From Longimicrobiales bacterium (GTDB taxonomy: Bacteria > Gemmatimonadota > Gemmatimonadetes > Longimicrobiales > Gaopeijiaceae), in contig OZ241869.1 of the NCBI GenBank assembly GCA_965202805.1, positions 1,504,001-1,568,000 of the forward strand: DNA of 64,000 bases, read 5' to 3'. This document shows positions 19,853-29,863 of this stretch, piece after piece. Position numbers and translations under genes: made by a program. The notes beneath the pieces were generated by a model, which was not told the DNA's origin, ran no database searches, and saw only the letters and a list, made by a program, of their open reading frames with translations. The number at the start of each line of letters is the position of its first letter. Within the stretch, counting starts at the first letter, position 1.

Positions 19853-20310
19853 ACCTGATCCGTCCGGCGAGTGTCCGGGAGACGAGGTGGCCGCGCACAC
19901 CTGCCAGCCGACCTCGCGGGCCAAAGCTCGCCAGCCTGCGGGACGGAGGTCAAGACGCTTCCGGCCGTCCCCGGACCTGTTCCGCAATCGGCGCTGGAAG
20001 GACGCGTCCGTGATGACCCGAGATCCCGGGGGGCGTGCGCGGTCGAGGTCACGGACCGGGCCGATGTGAACGTGGACCTGCTTTAACGCTCGGCCTCATC
20101 CCCGTCGGAGGCGGAGACCGGTACTGGAGCGGACCAAGGCACCGTGTTCTGACTCTTCGGGCCGGTGTGGCGCTTCCGGTCGGGTAGCAGGCAACTCTCC
20201 CGGATGGCATGGTCGGGAACCAGTTCCACTTGCACACCCCACTAATTACTAATCATTTAGTTTGGCACGCCGGCTCCCGGCATACTACTGACTTGAGGGC
20301 ACAGACCAGG

Positions 20311-21411
20311 ATGGCTGGCGCCAACACGGCATCGCGATCGATCTTGCCCAGCTCCGCTGGGAGCCTGACCGTCTTCCTTGTTGCGGCCTGTGGGGGCGCG
20401 GAGAGTCCTGCCGCAGCTCCCGTCACCGGCACCCTCGACGAGGTATTCACCGTCGAGGAAGTCCTGCACCTCGGCGAAGACCCCGCCGACTCGATTGCCG
20501 AGATCGGAGCCTTCGTCGAGCGCCGGGACGGCGGCCATGTGATCGGTGACCGCTTCCTGCCGCGGGTGCGGACCTACGACGAAGAGGGGCGGCTGGAGGG
20601 GGCCTTCGGGAGATTCGGAGACGGTCCCTTCGAGTTTCGGCGGATCACGGCGGTGGCGGAGATGCCTTCCGGGGAGGTCGTGGCAGTAGATGCCGCGCGG
20701 GGCCGGGCGACGTACATGAGCGGGTCCCTGGTCCCCGACACGTTCGCAACGTTCCCCTCGGTTCCCCTGGATGCTCGCGCGCTCGGGCCTGACCTGCTCG
20801 TGCGGATGTACGCGACAGGCCGAGACCGCTTCGGTCATCCACCACTCCTTCACCGCGTAACGCCTACGGAAGTGGTGTGGAGCAGCTACGAACTCCCGTT
20901 CTCCCTCGCCGAGAGGCCGTACTGGAGTTCGTTCGCGCCATTCCCGATCGCGGTCAGCGGGGACACGACCTTTGCAATGTCCGGGGTCAGATACCCGGTA
21001 ACGGTCATCGATGGATCGGGAGAGACCCTGGGCACCCTTGGAACTCCGTCTGCCTCATTCAGGCCGATTCGCGTATTGGAAAGCGGCGCGCTGGCCAATC
21101 TCGCGAGCTACGGCACGACGCTGCCGGAGCTCCTGGCGAGCTTCGACGTCGTCGACCGCATCGACGCGGTCGATGCGCATCTTGTCCTGACACGAGGCCG
21201 GTACAATCCCGAGCGCCCAATGCCTCCCCTCGAGGTTCTGCACACGTCGCTCGAAGTCTACGACCGGGGCACCGGCACCAAGCTCTATGAGGATGTGCCG
21301 CTTCCAGACGGATCCAGGGTGCTGGGTGGCGGACGGTTTCTGTACCTGCTCCTGGACATGCACGCTCCACCCTGGCGGATCGCGAAGCTCCGGTTCCGGG
21401 TGCAGGATTGA
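20311..21411 (+). CDS. Putative beta-propeller lipoprotein
   Basis: Lipobox LVAAC; NHL-like FGRFGDGPFEF. Confidence 0.65.
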   Translation: MAGANTASRSILPSSAGSLTVFLVAACGGAESPAAAPVTGTLDEVFTVEEVLHLGEDPADSIAEIGAFVERRDGGHVIGDRFLPRVRTYDEEGRLEGAFGRFGDGPFEFRRITAVAEMPSGEVVAVDAARGRATYMSGSLVPDTFATFPSVPLDARALGPDLLVRMYATGRDRFGHPPLLHRVTPTEVVWSSYELPFSLAERPYWSSFAPFPIAVSGDTTFAMSGVRYPVTVIDGSGETLGTLGTPSASFRPIRVLESGALANLASYGTTLPELLASFDVVDRIDAVDAHLVLTRGRYNPERPMPPLEVLHTSLEVYDRGTGTKLYEDVPLPDGSRVLGGGRFLYLLLDMHAPPWRIAKLRFRVQD

Positions 21412-21538
21412 GGGGAGTCCGGGCTCCCGACGGGCGTTGGTCGCGCCCGCGGCCAGTTGGTTCGCGGATTCATGGCGGGTAGCTCACGCAGCTGGATCCC
21501 TCCCATGGTGGACTTCCTGGGCTGAGTTACTCCTCTGG

Positions 21539-21579
21539 ATGTAAGGTGTCCATTACATAATGTAACTTGTGCATTACAT
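21539..21579. promoter_or_regulatory. Tandem palindromic operator 2x ATGTAA-N8-TTACAT
   Basis: atgtaa-ggtgtcca-ttacat (21539-21558) and atgtaa-cttgtgca-ttacat (21560-21579), upstream of regulator-modABC. Confidence 0.75.
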
Positions 21580-21676
21580 TTTCTGGGCGTATCCTTCCCG
21601 GTGTGGGGCTGCGCAATGCGCCCTCGTCCCGGTTGGACGAGGAGGAGACGGCGCGACGCTTGATCGGGAGATGCAC

Positions 21677-22822
21677 ATGCCGGAGACTCAACTCCACAAC
21701 GCCGTCCGGCGATACCGCCGCGATCTGGGCCTGTCGCAGGAGGCCCTTGGGGACCGGGTCGGAGTGAGCCGGCACGCCATCATGGCGATCGAAGCGGGGC
21801 GGCAGGTCCCGTCCACCACGCTGGCGTTGCGGCTGGCAGACACGTTCGACTGTGCCGTGAAGGACCTCTTCCGCCTCGATCCGGTCACCGAACTGGAGGT
21901 GCGCCTCCCTCCCCCCCGCCCCGCCGCGACCGCCTCCCCGCCCATCCCCTCCTCCCGGGTGGCCGTCGGCCGCGTGGGTGGCGGGTGGACGGCCCATCCC
22001 CTCCCCGCGCACGCGACCGGGGCGGCCGACGCGATCGTGGTGGAGGAAGGAGCGGCGGGGTTCCATTCCGCCCGCGTCCGCCCCGTGCGCGACATGCGGC
22101 AGCTTGAGCGCAACGTCCTGGTCGCCGGATGCGCCCCCCTGCTCGCCAACCTGGCCCACCGGGTCGGGGAGGGGTCCGAGGACGCGCGCGCCACCTGGAT
22201 TCCCGCCAGCAGCCACCGCGCCCTGGACCTGCTGGCCGCGGGGATGGTGCACATTGCCGGGCTCCATCTGTCGGGTGGCGCGTCGCGCGAGGCCAACGCA
22301 GATGCGGTGCGGCGGCTCTTCCCGGGCAGGCGCATGCTGGTAGTCAACCTGACTCGCTGGCGCCAGGGCTTCGTGGTGGCCGCGCGCAACCCGCTGGACA
22401 TCCGCGACGCCGCCGACCTGCTCCGCCCGGGTGTGCGGGTGGTGGGGCGCGAGCCAGGCACCGGGGCCGACGAGCTGTTCGCTCGCCTGCTCGCCGACGA
22501 GCCCGGCGGACGGCCCGATTTCTCCGGTCCGGTGGCGGAGGGGCACCTCGACGTGGCCCGGCGGGTCCACTGCGGCGCGGCGGACGCCGGCGTCGCCATC
22601 GAGAGCGCGGCGCTCGCCTGGGGGCTGGGGTTCGTGCCGCTGGTGGAGGAGCGCTTCGACCTGGTCATTCCGGCCTCCATTGCCGAGGCCCCGCCGGTGT
22701 CCCGCTTCGTCGAAACCCTGGACGACCCCGGCTTCCGCGCCGAGGCGGCCTCCCTGCCGGGCTACGACACCTCCATCAGCGGGCACGCGAGCACGCTCGA
22801 GGCGGGGAGCGCGGGGTCGTGA
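21677..22822 (+). CDS. XRE-HTH plus PBP-like (molybdate-binding type) transcriptional regulator
   Basis: LSQEALGDRVGVSRHAIMAIEAG; C-terminal VAGC, HIAGLHL, REPGTGA, HLDVA, ADAGV, LGFVPLVEERFDLV. Confidence 0.85.
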   Translation: MPETQLHNAVRRYRRDLGLSQEALGDRVGVSRHAIMAIEAGRQVPSTTLALRLADTFDCAVKDLFRLDPVTELEVRLPPPRPAATASPPIPSSRVAVGRVGGGWTAHPLPAHATGAADAIVVEEGAAGFHSARVRPVRDMRQLERNVLVAGCAPLLANLAHRVGEGSEDARATWIPASSHRALDLLAAGMVHIAGLHLSGGASREANADAVRRLFPGRRMLVVNLTRWRQGFVVAARNPLDIRDAADLLRPGVRVVGREPGTGADELFARLLADEPGGRPDFSGPVAEGHLDVARRVHCGAADAGVAIESAALAWGLGFVPLVEERFDLVIPASIAEAPPVSRFVETLDDPGFRAEAASLPGYDTSISGHASTLEAGSAGS

Positions 22823-23613
22823 GGGGCGGGCGGCACCAGGGTGCGGCCCCGTCGGCCACGCTGGCGTGCATCGCGCTGGTCACCGCACTGCTTCAGGGCT
22901 GCGCCCCGGCCGACTCCTCCCGAACCCTCCACGTCTACGCTGCCTCCTCCCTCGCCGAGAGCTTTTTCGCGATGGAGGAGGCGTTCGAGGTCGCCCATCC
23001 CGGCACCGACGTGGTGCTCGCGTTCGCGGGCAGCCAGGTGCTCCGCCTCCAGATCGAGCAGGGCGCTCCCGCCGACGTGTTCGCCTCCGCCGATCCGGCG
23101 CACATGCAGGCCCTGGTGGAGCGCGGCCGAGTCCGCGACGGGCGCGTCTTCGCGCACAACCAGCTGGTGCTCATCGTTCCGCCCGGGAACCCCGCGCGCA
23201 TCGAGTCCTTCCGCGACCTGCCGCGCGCCAGCCGGTTGGTGATCGGAACCGAGAACGTCCCCGTGGGCAGTTACGCGCGCCGGGTGCTGCGGCGCGCCGA
23301 GGCCGCGGGAGACGGCGGCTTCGCGGCTTCGGTACTCGCGCGGGTTGCCTCCGAGGAAAGCAACGTGCGCCTGGTGCGGGCCAAGGTGGAGCTCGGCGAA
23401 GCCGATGCCGCCATCGTCTACCGGAGCGACACCGTGGCGGCCGGCGGCGTGCGCGCCATCGAAATCCCGCCTGCCCTGAACGTCAACGCCGACTACTCCA
23501 TCGGCATCGTGGAGGGCAGCGCGAACGGGGCTCTCGCCGAGGCGTGGCTCGCCTTCGTTCTGTCCGGGGAAGGCCGCCGACTCCTGGCCCGGCACGGGTT
23601 CGCAGCGGAGTAG
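22819..23613 (+). CDS. modA: Molybdate ABC transporter substrate-binding lipoprotein
   Basis: LQGC lipobox; YAASSL, GAPADVFASA, VPVGSYA, NVR, IVYRSD; GTGA overlap with the regulator. Confidence 0.92.
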   Translation: MRGGRHQGAAPSATLACIALVTALLQGCAPADSSRTLHVYAASSLAESFFAMEEAFEVAHPGTDVVLAFAGSQVLRLQIEQGAPADVFASADPAHMQALVERGRVRDGRVFAHNQLVLIVPPGNPARIESFRDLPRASRLVIGTENVPVGSYARRVLRRAEAAGDGGFAASVLARVASEESNVRLVRAKVELGEADAAIVYRSDTVAAGGVRAIEIPPALNVNADYSIGIVEGSANGALAEAWLAFVLSGEGRRLLARHGFAAE

Positions 23614-23619
23614 CAACGG

Positions 23620-24468
23620 GTGAACCGGCGGGCGAACCTTCCCGACGCCCTCGGCGCCGGACGCTGGCCGTCGCTGGCGGCGGCGGTGCCGATGCTGGTG
23701 CTGCTCGCCCTTCCGGTCGTCGCGCTCGCGTTGGCCTCCTCACCGGCCGAGCTGGCCGCGGGTGCACGCCACCCGCTCTTTCTTCCGGCGCTCGGGCTGA
23801 CGGCGCGCACCACGGTGGTGAGCCTGGTGGTCGTGGTGGCGGCGGGCACCCCGCTGGCATGGTGGCTCGCGGCCTCCTCCGGCCGCTGGGCGCGCGGTGT
23901 CGAGCAACTGGTGGACCTGCCCATCGTGCTGCCGCCCGCCGTGCTCGGCATCGCGCTGCTCCAGACCTTCGGCCGCAACGGCCTGCTGGGCGGCCCGCTC
24001 GAGGTGCTCGGGCTGCAGGTGCCCTTCACCACGGCCGCCGTGGTGCTCACCCAGGTGGTGGTCGCCTCGCCGTTCTATGTCCAGTCGGCCGCGGCCGCGT
24101 TCCGCCGGGTCGACCGCGACCTGCTCATCGTCGCGCGCACACTGGGACGGTCGCCGGCGGGGGCATTTTTCGGGGTGGCGGTGCCGGTGGCGCTCCCCGG
24201 GCTGGTCAGCGGGGCCGCGCTGGCGTGGGCGCGCGCGATCGGGGAGTTCGGGGCGACCCTGCTCTTTGCGGGCAACCTGCCGGGACGGACGCAGACCGCC
24301 CCGCTGGCCATCTATACGGCGCTCGAGTCGGACGTGCAGGCCGCGGTCGCGCTCTCCCTGGTGCTCGCGGCGGTCGCGGTCCTCCTGCTCCTGGGCCTGC
24401 GCGCGCTTCCAGGCGGCCGCCTGGGAAGGGTGGTGGCGGTGGTGGCCGCGGGGGCGGGGCGGCGGTGA
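23620..24468 (+). CDS. modB: Molybdate ABC transporter permease
   Basis: [35 protein letters not shown]. Confidence 0.93.
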   Translation: MNRRANLPDALGAGRWPSLAAAVPMLVLLALPVVALALASSPAELAAGARHPLFLPALGLTARTTVVSLVVVVAAGTPLAWWLAASSGRWARGVEQLVDLPIVLPPAVLGIALLQTFGRNGLLGGPLEVLGLQVPFTTAAVVLTQVVVASPFYVQSAAAAFRRVDRDLLIVARTLGRSPAGAFFGVAVPVALPGLVSGAALAWARAIGEFGATLLFAGNLPGRTQTAPLAIYTALESDVQAAVALSLVLAAVAVLLLLGLRALPGGRLGRVVAVVAAGAGRR

Positions 24469-24580
24469 GCGGCGCTGGCGGACCTCCGGCCGACCGCAGG
24501 CCGCGTGGTTGCAGGGCGGCGGGGCGCGGAACCGGGGCGGCGCACACGGTCATCGGCGACGATGAGCGCGGGGGGCGGCG

Positions 24581-25333
24581 GTGAGAGCGATCTGGCACGC
24601 GGAAGTGTCCCTGCAGGTCGGCGCGCTCGACCTGGACGTGCGCCTGGACGGCGGCGTGCGCCCGGTCGCCCTGGTGGGCCCCAACGGGTCCGGCAAGACC
24701 ACCCTGCTGCGCACCATCGCGGGGGCCTACCGCCCCTCCGCCGGGGTCATCGCCATCGGCGACCGCGTCCTCTTCGACTCCGACCGGGGCATCGACCTCC
24801 CTCCCGAGGAACGAAGGGTGGGCTACGTGCCCCAGGGCTACGGGCTCTTCCCGCACCTGCGCGTGCTCGACAACGTGAGGTTCGGGCTGGCGGGCTCAAC
24901 GCGGCGCGACAACGGTGCAAGGGCCTCCGCCCTCGCCGTGCTCGAACAACTGGGGGCCGGTCATCTCGCCGAGCGCTGGCCGGACACGCTTTCGGGCGGC
25001 GAGCGCCAGCGGATCGCGCTGGCTCGCGCGCTGGTCATCGAGCCTCACATTCTCCTTCTCGACGAGCCGCTCGCCGCGCTGGACGCCGCCGCGCGCCGGA
25101 TCATGCGCCGCCGGCTCGCGGAGCGGCTCGAGGAGAGCGCCGTGCCGGCCCTGGTGATCACCCACGACGTGCACGACATCGTGGCGCTGAACGCCGACGT
25201 CCACGTGATGGAGGAGGGGAGGATCGTCCAGCGGGGCCCGGCCGACGCGCTCGCCACGCACCCCGCCACCGAGTTCGTGGCGGAGGTCTTCGGGTCACCG
25301 CTGGCTACTCGCGGGAGCCGCCTTCGGCGCTAG
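24581..25333 (+). CDS. modC: Molybdate ABC transporter ATPase (no TOBE domain)
   Basis: GPNGSGKT, LSGGERQR, LLLDEP, ITHD. Confidence 0.88.
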   Translation: MRAIWHAEVSLQVGALDLDVRLDGGVRPVALVGPNGSGKTTLLRTIAGAYRPSAGVIAIGDRVLFDSDRGIDLPPEERRVGYVPQGYGLFPHLRVLDNVRFGLAGSTRRDNGARASALAVLEQLGAGHLAERWPDTLSGGERQRIALARALVIEPHILLLDEPLAALDAAARRIMRRRLAERLEESAVPALVITHDVHDIVALNADVHVMEEGRIVQRGPADALATHPATEFVAEVFGSPLATRGSRLRR

Positions 25334-25646
25334 CATCGTCCTCCGAGGAATGGCCTTCGCCCGGCTCGGCATCGGCCCGGACACAGAGCGCGCCCAACTC
25401 CCCCGCGGTGATGGTGCACGCACCGAAGCGCAGTACATCCCCCGGATCGAGCAGCGCCTGACGGATCGGGTGCCACTCGTCGCCTCGGCGTACGAAGGTG
25501 CCGCTCCCCGTCGCCCGATCGGCGACGTGGATCCGACCCTCCGGGAGGCAGACGACCTCGGCGTGGCACCGCGACACGCTGCCATCGCGCAGCACCACAT
25601 CGCACGTGCCTTTGCGGCCCACGGTTCGAGCGACGATCCGGGACAA
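25305..25646 (-). CDS. FHA domain protein
   Basis: VGR...SVSRCHA...GSGTFV...LDPGDVLRFG. Confidence 0.8.
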   Translation of the reverse strand: MSRIVARTVGRKGTCDVVLRDGSVSRCHAEVVCLPEGRIHVADRATGSGTFVRRGDEWHPIRQALLDPGDVLRFGACTITAGELGALCVRADAEPGEGHSSEDDASAEGGSRE

Positions 25647-25658
25647 ATCGGGTTCCTC

Positions 25659-27203
25659 TCAGTTGCCGGTTTTGCGGACGGGTTCCGACTGAAGGGCGAG
25701 ACGCGGCCCGTCACCGAACTGGACGACGGCATCGCGCCCGAGTTTCCGGGGCGTGAACGGAGCCAGCCTTTCACCGTCGACCCAGGTGCCTTCGCGCGAA
25801 TTGAGATCCTCGATGAAGAAACGCCCTCCCCTGCGGATCACGCGGGCGTGACGCATGGAGACGGTCGGATCCTGGATGGCTTCATCGACCAGGTCCGGCT
25901 GGCGGCCGATGACCAGCCCACCTTCGGCACGCCGGAGCCTGTGGCCCTCAAACCGGATGTCGATGGGTGCATCGGCGTAGTCCGAAGCATCCGCGACGAA
26001 CCGAAGGCCCGGAAGCGCGGCTTCGTGCGGAGCGGGTCTCGCGCCTCCTGGTCGGCGAGCAGCTCCCGCCATGGCCCCTCGACCGGGCCGGAAGTACCTG
26101 AGCGGCAGGTAGAGTCCGGAACCGCCGGCACGCCCGGACCCGCCGGGGATCCCCGGACCGCGCCCCCCGTACGACGCCCCCTGAACCACCCGGACAACCT
26201 CCCGGCGCGGCGCGCGCATGGTCAGAAACATCAGGGTCGGAAACATGACTGCGGCCATCCCAAGGGTGATCCACAGCCCCAGGGCGATCCGTTCGTCGGT
26301 CGCATCCATGCGTCGCTCGGTGGCCTCCACCGCCGATCCCACGGCCTCCGCCGCAGCGCTGGCCGCCGCCTCGGCGGCTTCGTTCGCCGCGCTGGACGCC
26401 GCCTCCACAGCCAGTTCCGCCGCTCTGGCCGCCGCTTCCGCAGCCTCTCTCGCGGCGCCGGCTTCGTCATCGGTGCAACGGGCGTCGCTCGTGCTGACGG
26501 CGATACCGAGTGTCCGCAGTTCCCGCACCGCCTCCGTGATCCGTGAAGCGACGAATACACCCTGCGATGCGAGGGCACTTCGGGTGTTCACGCCAACCAC
26601 CATGCCGCAGTCGGAGATCAGAGGCCCCCCGCTGTTGCCCGGATTTATCGCCGCATCGTGCTGAATCAGGTCCAACTGCGGTCCCCCCGCCCTCACATCC
26701 CAGGGGGCGCGGTACAGCCGGCCGATCACGCCCCGCGTCAATGTCGTCTGAAGCGACATGTCCCCGGTAATCGCGTCCGCGATGCCGGGAAATCCCACGG
26801 CCCATACGGCTTCGCCCGTCTGCAGCGGCATGGCTCCGAGCAGGACCTGCGGCAACGCCAGACCGTCGACCTCGAGCACGGCCAGGTCCAGTTCGGGGGA
26901 TTCCCAGCGTACGCGGGCCTGTTGCATGCCGCCGGTGTGCGCCGAGATCACCTGGTGCCCTGCGCCGCCGTCCACGACGTGATGGTTGGTCAGGACGATG
27001 CCGGGAGCCACCACCGCACCGCTGCCCGTGCCGAACCCGGTGGGAAGAAGGGTGACGACCCGCACGACGCTGCGATCGGCCTCCCGGATTCGGTCGACCG
27101 CGGTCCTCGACTGGGCGGCGACCGCGTCCGGGCACACGAAGAGAACGGACCAGAGAGTCCATGCTGCGACCACCCCTACGCCTGCGATGCCTCCGCTGGA
27201 CAT
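25659..27203 (-). CDS. Trypsin-like serine protease with TM helix and C-terminal FHA domain
   Basis: LTNHHVV, DLAVL, INPGNSGGP; Ala-rich linker; TM; IGR...VSMRHA...DLNSREGT. Confidence 0.85.
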   Translation of the reverse strand: MSSGGIAGVGVVAAWTLWSVLFVCPDAVAAQSRTAVDRIREADRSVVRVVTLLPTGFGTGSGAVVAPGIVLTNHHVVDGGAGHQVISAHTGGMQQARVRWESPELDLAVLEVDGLALPQVLLGAMPLQTGEAVWAVGFPGIADAITGDMSLQTTLTRGVIGRLYRAPWDVRAGGPQLDLIQHDAAINPGNSGGPLISDCGMVVGVNTRSALASQGVFVASRITEAVRELRTLGIAVSTSDARCTDDEAGAAREAAEAAARAAELAVEAASSAANEAAEAAASAAAEAVGSAVEATERRMDATDERIALGLWITLGMAAVMFPTLMFLTMRAPRREVVRVVQGASYGGRGPGIPGGSGRAGGSGLYLPLRYFRPGRGAMAGAARRPGGARPAPHEAALPGLRFVADASDYADAPIDIRFEGHRLRRAEGGLVIGRQPDLVDEAIQDPTVSMRHARVIRRGGRFFIEDLNSREGTWVDGERLAPFTPRKLGRDAVVQFGDGPRLALQSEPVRKTGN

Positions 27204-27448
27204 CGACGCTCTTCTCCTTCCGCCGGGCAAGCCTGCGTCTGGGTACACCCCGCCGTGAGGGAGGTACCGGCGGGCGCGGCCTGGTCGGGTCGTCGGGTTC
27301 GCAGAATGGGCTCGAGCAGGTAACCTGGCCCCGTGGCCGGGGTACATCACCTGATCACCGTATGGCATGTATTTTGCGGGCAGGGCGTGGCGAACCGGCT
27401 CGTCACGCGGGCCTTCCCACCTCCACCCACCGGAAGGGGATGACAGCC

Positions 27449-27946
27449 ATGAAGAAGAGCATCCTGTTCGCAGCTGCGGCGATGTCCGCCTGTTCCTCCG
27501 CCCCGATCTCCTTTTACGGCGTGGCGCCGCCCGGCAGAGAGACGGCCTATCAGTGCGCCGTCGCTCAGCTGAACATTCTGGGCTACACGATCGAGGACGG
27601 AAACAGCGATACCGGCTTTGTCCGGGGCCGCAAGCAGACCTCCGGCCTGGGGACCCAGATCTTCACCGGCAACACGTACCACGACGTGCTCACCGCAACC
27701 GCCTTCGACAACCCCGCCACCGGCGAGACCAACCTGAGGGTCGTGGCGACCCGCGTCGCGGAACATGATACGGGCCTGCTCGGGGCGCTCAGCGACGAGC
27801 CGGAGGAGGGAGAGGACATCATCGCCCCCTCGGACAGCGGGAAGGGCGACGCCCAGGTGCTGCTGGCCAACTGTGGCGTGTCCAGCGTGACCACTTCCGG
27901 GGGGCCGGACAGCTATCTGCTGGAGGGAGCGGCCGGCCCGCGCTGA
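27449..27946 (+). CDS. Hypothetical lipoprotein
   Basis: MKKSILFAAAAMSAC lipobox. Confidence 0.7.
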   Translation: MKKSILFAAAAMSACSSAPISFYGVAPPGRETAYQCAVAQLNILGYTIEDGNSDTGFVRGRKQTSGLGTQIFTGNTYHDVLTATAFDNPATGETNLRVVATRVAEHDTGLLGALSDEPEEGEDIIAPSDSGKGDAQVLLANCGVSSVTTSGGPDSYLLEGAAGPR

Positions 27947-28001
27947 CCCCCGGCGCTCTCTCCGCCCTCGACTCTCCCCCACCAGGGGCTTTCGCTTGTT
28001 C

Positions 28002-29741
28002 CTACCTCCCCAGCGGAGGCGTGAACGGCGGCGGCCGGCGGTGTTGCGTGGCCTGCTCGTAGGCGTAGCTGACGCGGATCAGGGTGGGCTCGTCGAAGGG
28101 GCGCCCCAGCAACTGCAACCCGGCGGGTAGGCGACCGAAGGAGTATCCCATCGGCACGTTGAAGGCCGGGAAGCCGGTCGGGGGCGAGATGATCGAGCTG
28201 TTCGCGCCGTAGGTGGTGTTCTCGTCGCCGATCAGGCGCGCCGGGTAGTTGTAGGTCGGATAAACGAGAACGTCCACCTCGTGCTCGTCCATCACGGCGA
28301 GCACCGCGTCCTGCAGCCTCTTCTGCGTCTCCAGGTACTCGGGATAGTCCTCGTGCTCCTCGGGCACGTAGTCCACCTCCCGGTTGCGCTCCAGGCTGGC
28401 GCGCAGGAAGGGATGGTAGTCGCCCGACTCGACCACCTCGTCCAGCGTCTTGAACTTCAGCTCGGGCCGCGTGGCCAGATAGTTCTCGAAGTCGTACTTG
28501 AGGCGGCTGATGCTCGGGAAGTCGCCGCGGATGTCGTCCAGGTCGGGGATCTCGACGGGATCCACGATGACGGCGCCGGCGGCACGCATATCCTCGAGCG
28601 CCTGCTCCATCACCCGCAGCACCTCGGGATGGATGGTGGTGGGTTCATCCTCCTGCTGCTGATCGTCCTCCTGCTGCTCCCCGCCCTGCCCTTGCCCCGA
28701 ATCCTGCGTTTGCTCGGGCGGCCCCTGCCCTTCGGGCTGGTCGGACTCCTCGTCTCCCTCGGCTTCCGGCCCCGCCGACGGCATCTCCTCCCCCGGCGCC
28801 AGCACGCCGCTTCCCAGTGAGCGCGGATCGTCATAATCCCGCGCCTCCTCGAACAGCTGGCGCAGCACGCCGATGCGCGCGCCTTGGAGTCCGTCGGCAT
28901 CGAGGAACTGGCGGTAGTTGTCCGGCACCCGTCCCTCGCTCTCGAGCGTAACGGGGTCCGCCGGGTCCTGCCCCACGATCACCTCCAGCACGGCGACCGC
29001 GTCGGCCACGGTGCGGGTCATGGGACCACCCACGTCGCGGGCGGCGCTCAGCGGGGCGATGCCGTCGCGGCTGGTGAGCCCCATGGTGGTGCGGAACCCC
29101 ACCAGCGCCTGGTGGGAGGAGGGACCACGGATCGAACTGCCCGTGTCCGAGCCGAGCCCCACGGCGCCGAAGTTGGCGGCCACCGCGGCACCTGTGCCCC
29201 CGCTCGAGCCCGCCGTCACCCGGGTGGGGTCGTAGGGGTTGCGGGAGAAGCCCGGCAGCACCGAGCTGAGCGTGAACGCCCCGCTGGACGCGAACTCGGC
29301 CAGGTTCGACTTGGCCAGAACGATCGCGCCCGCCTCGCGCAGCTTGCGCACCTGGTAGGCGTCGTCGGGCGGAATCGCCCCGCGGAAGGCGAGGGTCCCG
29401 TTGGTGGTGGGCAGATCGTAGGTGTCGTAGTTGTCCTTCACGATCACCGGGATGCCGTGCAGCGGCCCGGTGAACCCGGACTCCGCGAAGGCCGCGTCCA
29501 GCTCGCGCGCCCGCTCCAGCGCGTGCTCGCTCACGGTGATGATGGAGTTCAGGTACGGGCCCTGCCGGTCGTACGCCTCGATGCGGTCGAGGTAGCTCCG
29601 GACCAGCTCCTCCGCCGTGATCCGGCCCTCCTCCATCGCCTGGTGGATGTCGGCGATGGTGGTCTCCTCGACCTGGAAGGAAGGGGTGCACGCGAGCGCG
29701 GGCAGGAGCAGCAGAAGGATCGATGCGCGCCAGATCGTCAT
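28002..29741 (-). CDS. Amidase-signature family lipoprotein
   Basis: ALAC lipobox; LHGIPVIVKDN, AGSSGG, GSDTGSSIRGP; acidic Q/E-rich insert. Confidence 0.9.
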   Translation of the reverse strand: MTIWRASILLLLLPALACTPSFQVEETTIADIHQAMEEGRITAEELVRSYLDRIEAYDRQGPYLNSIITVSEHALERARELDAAFAESGFTGPLHGIPVIVKDNYDTYDLPTTNGTLAFRGAIPPDDAYQVRKLREAGAIVLAKSNLAEFASSGAFTLSSVLPGFSRNPYDPTRVTAGSSGGTGAAVAANFGAVGLGSDTGSSIRGPSSHQALVGFRTTMGLTSRDGIAPLSAARDVGGPMTRTVADAVAVLEVIVGQDPADPVTLESEGRVPDNYRQFLDADGLQGARIGVLRQLFEEARDYDDPRSLGSGVLAPGEEMPSAGPEAEGDEESDQPEGQGPPEQTQDSGQGQGGEQQEDDQQQEDEPTTIHPEVLRVMEQALEDMRAAGAVIVDPVEIPDLDDIRGDFPSISRLKYDFENYLATRPELKFKTLDEVVESGDYHPFLRASLERNREVDYVPEEHEDYPEYLETQKRLQDAVLAVMDEHEVDVLVYPTYNYPARLIGDENTTYGANSSIISPPTGFPAFNVPMGYSFGRLPAGLQLLGRPFDEPTLIRVSYAYEQATQHRRPPPFTPPLGR

Positions 29742-29863
29742 GAGCCGAGACCTCGGGTTGCGCCGGGCCGGGCTACCCCATCCTCGACCGTCGGGCGGTC
29801 CGTCGATGAATCCGCGCAAGCACCGGGAGTGGCGAGGCGCCGGGGGAGTTCATCCACGGGCTG

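Noticed and set aside
19853..20310. Riboswitch or sigma54 promoter in the long intergenic region
   Set aside because: TGGCACG is not followed by TTGC at the right spacing; no riboswitch consensus recognised.
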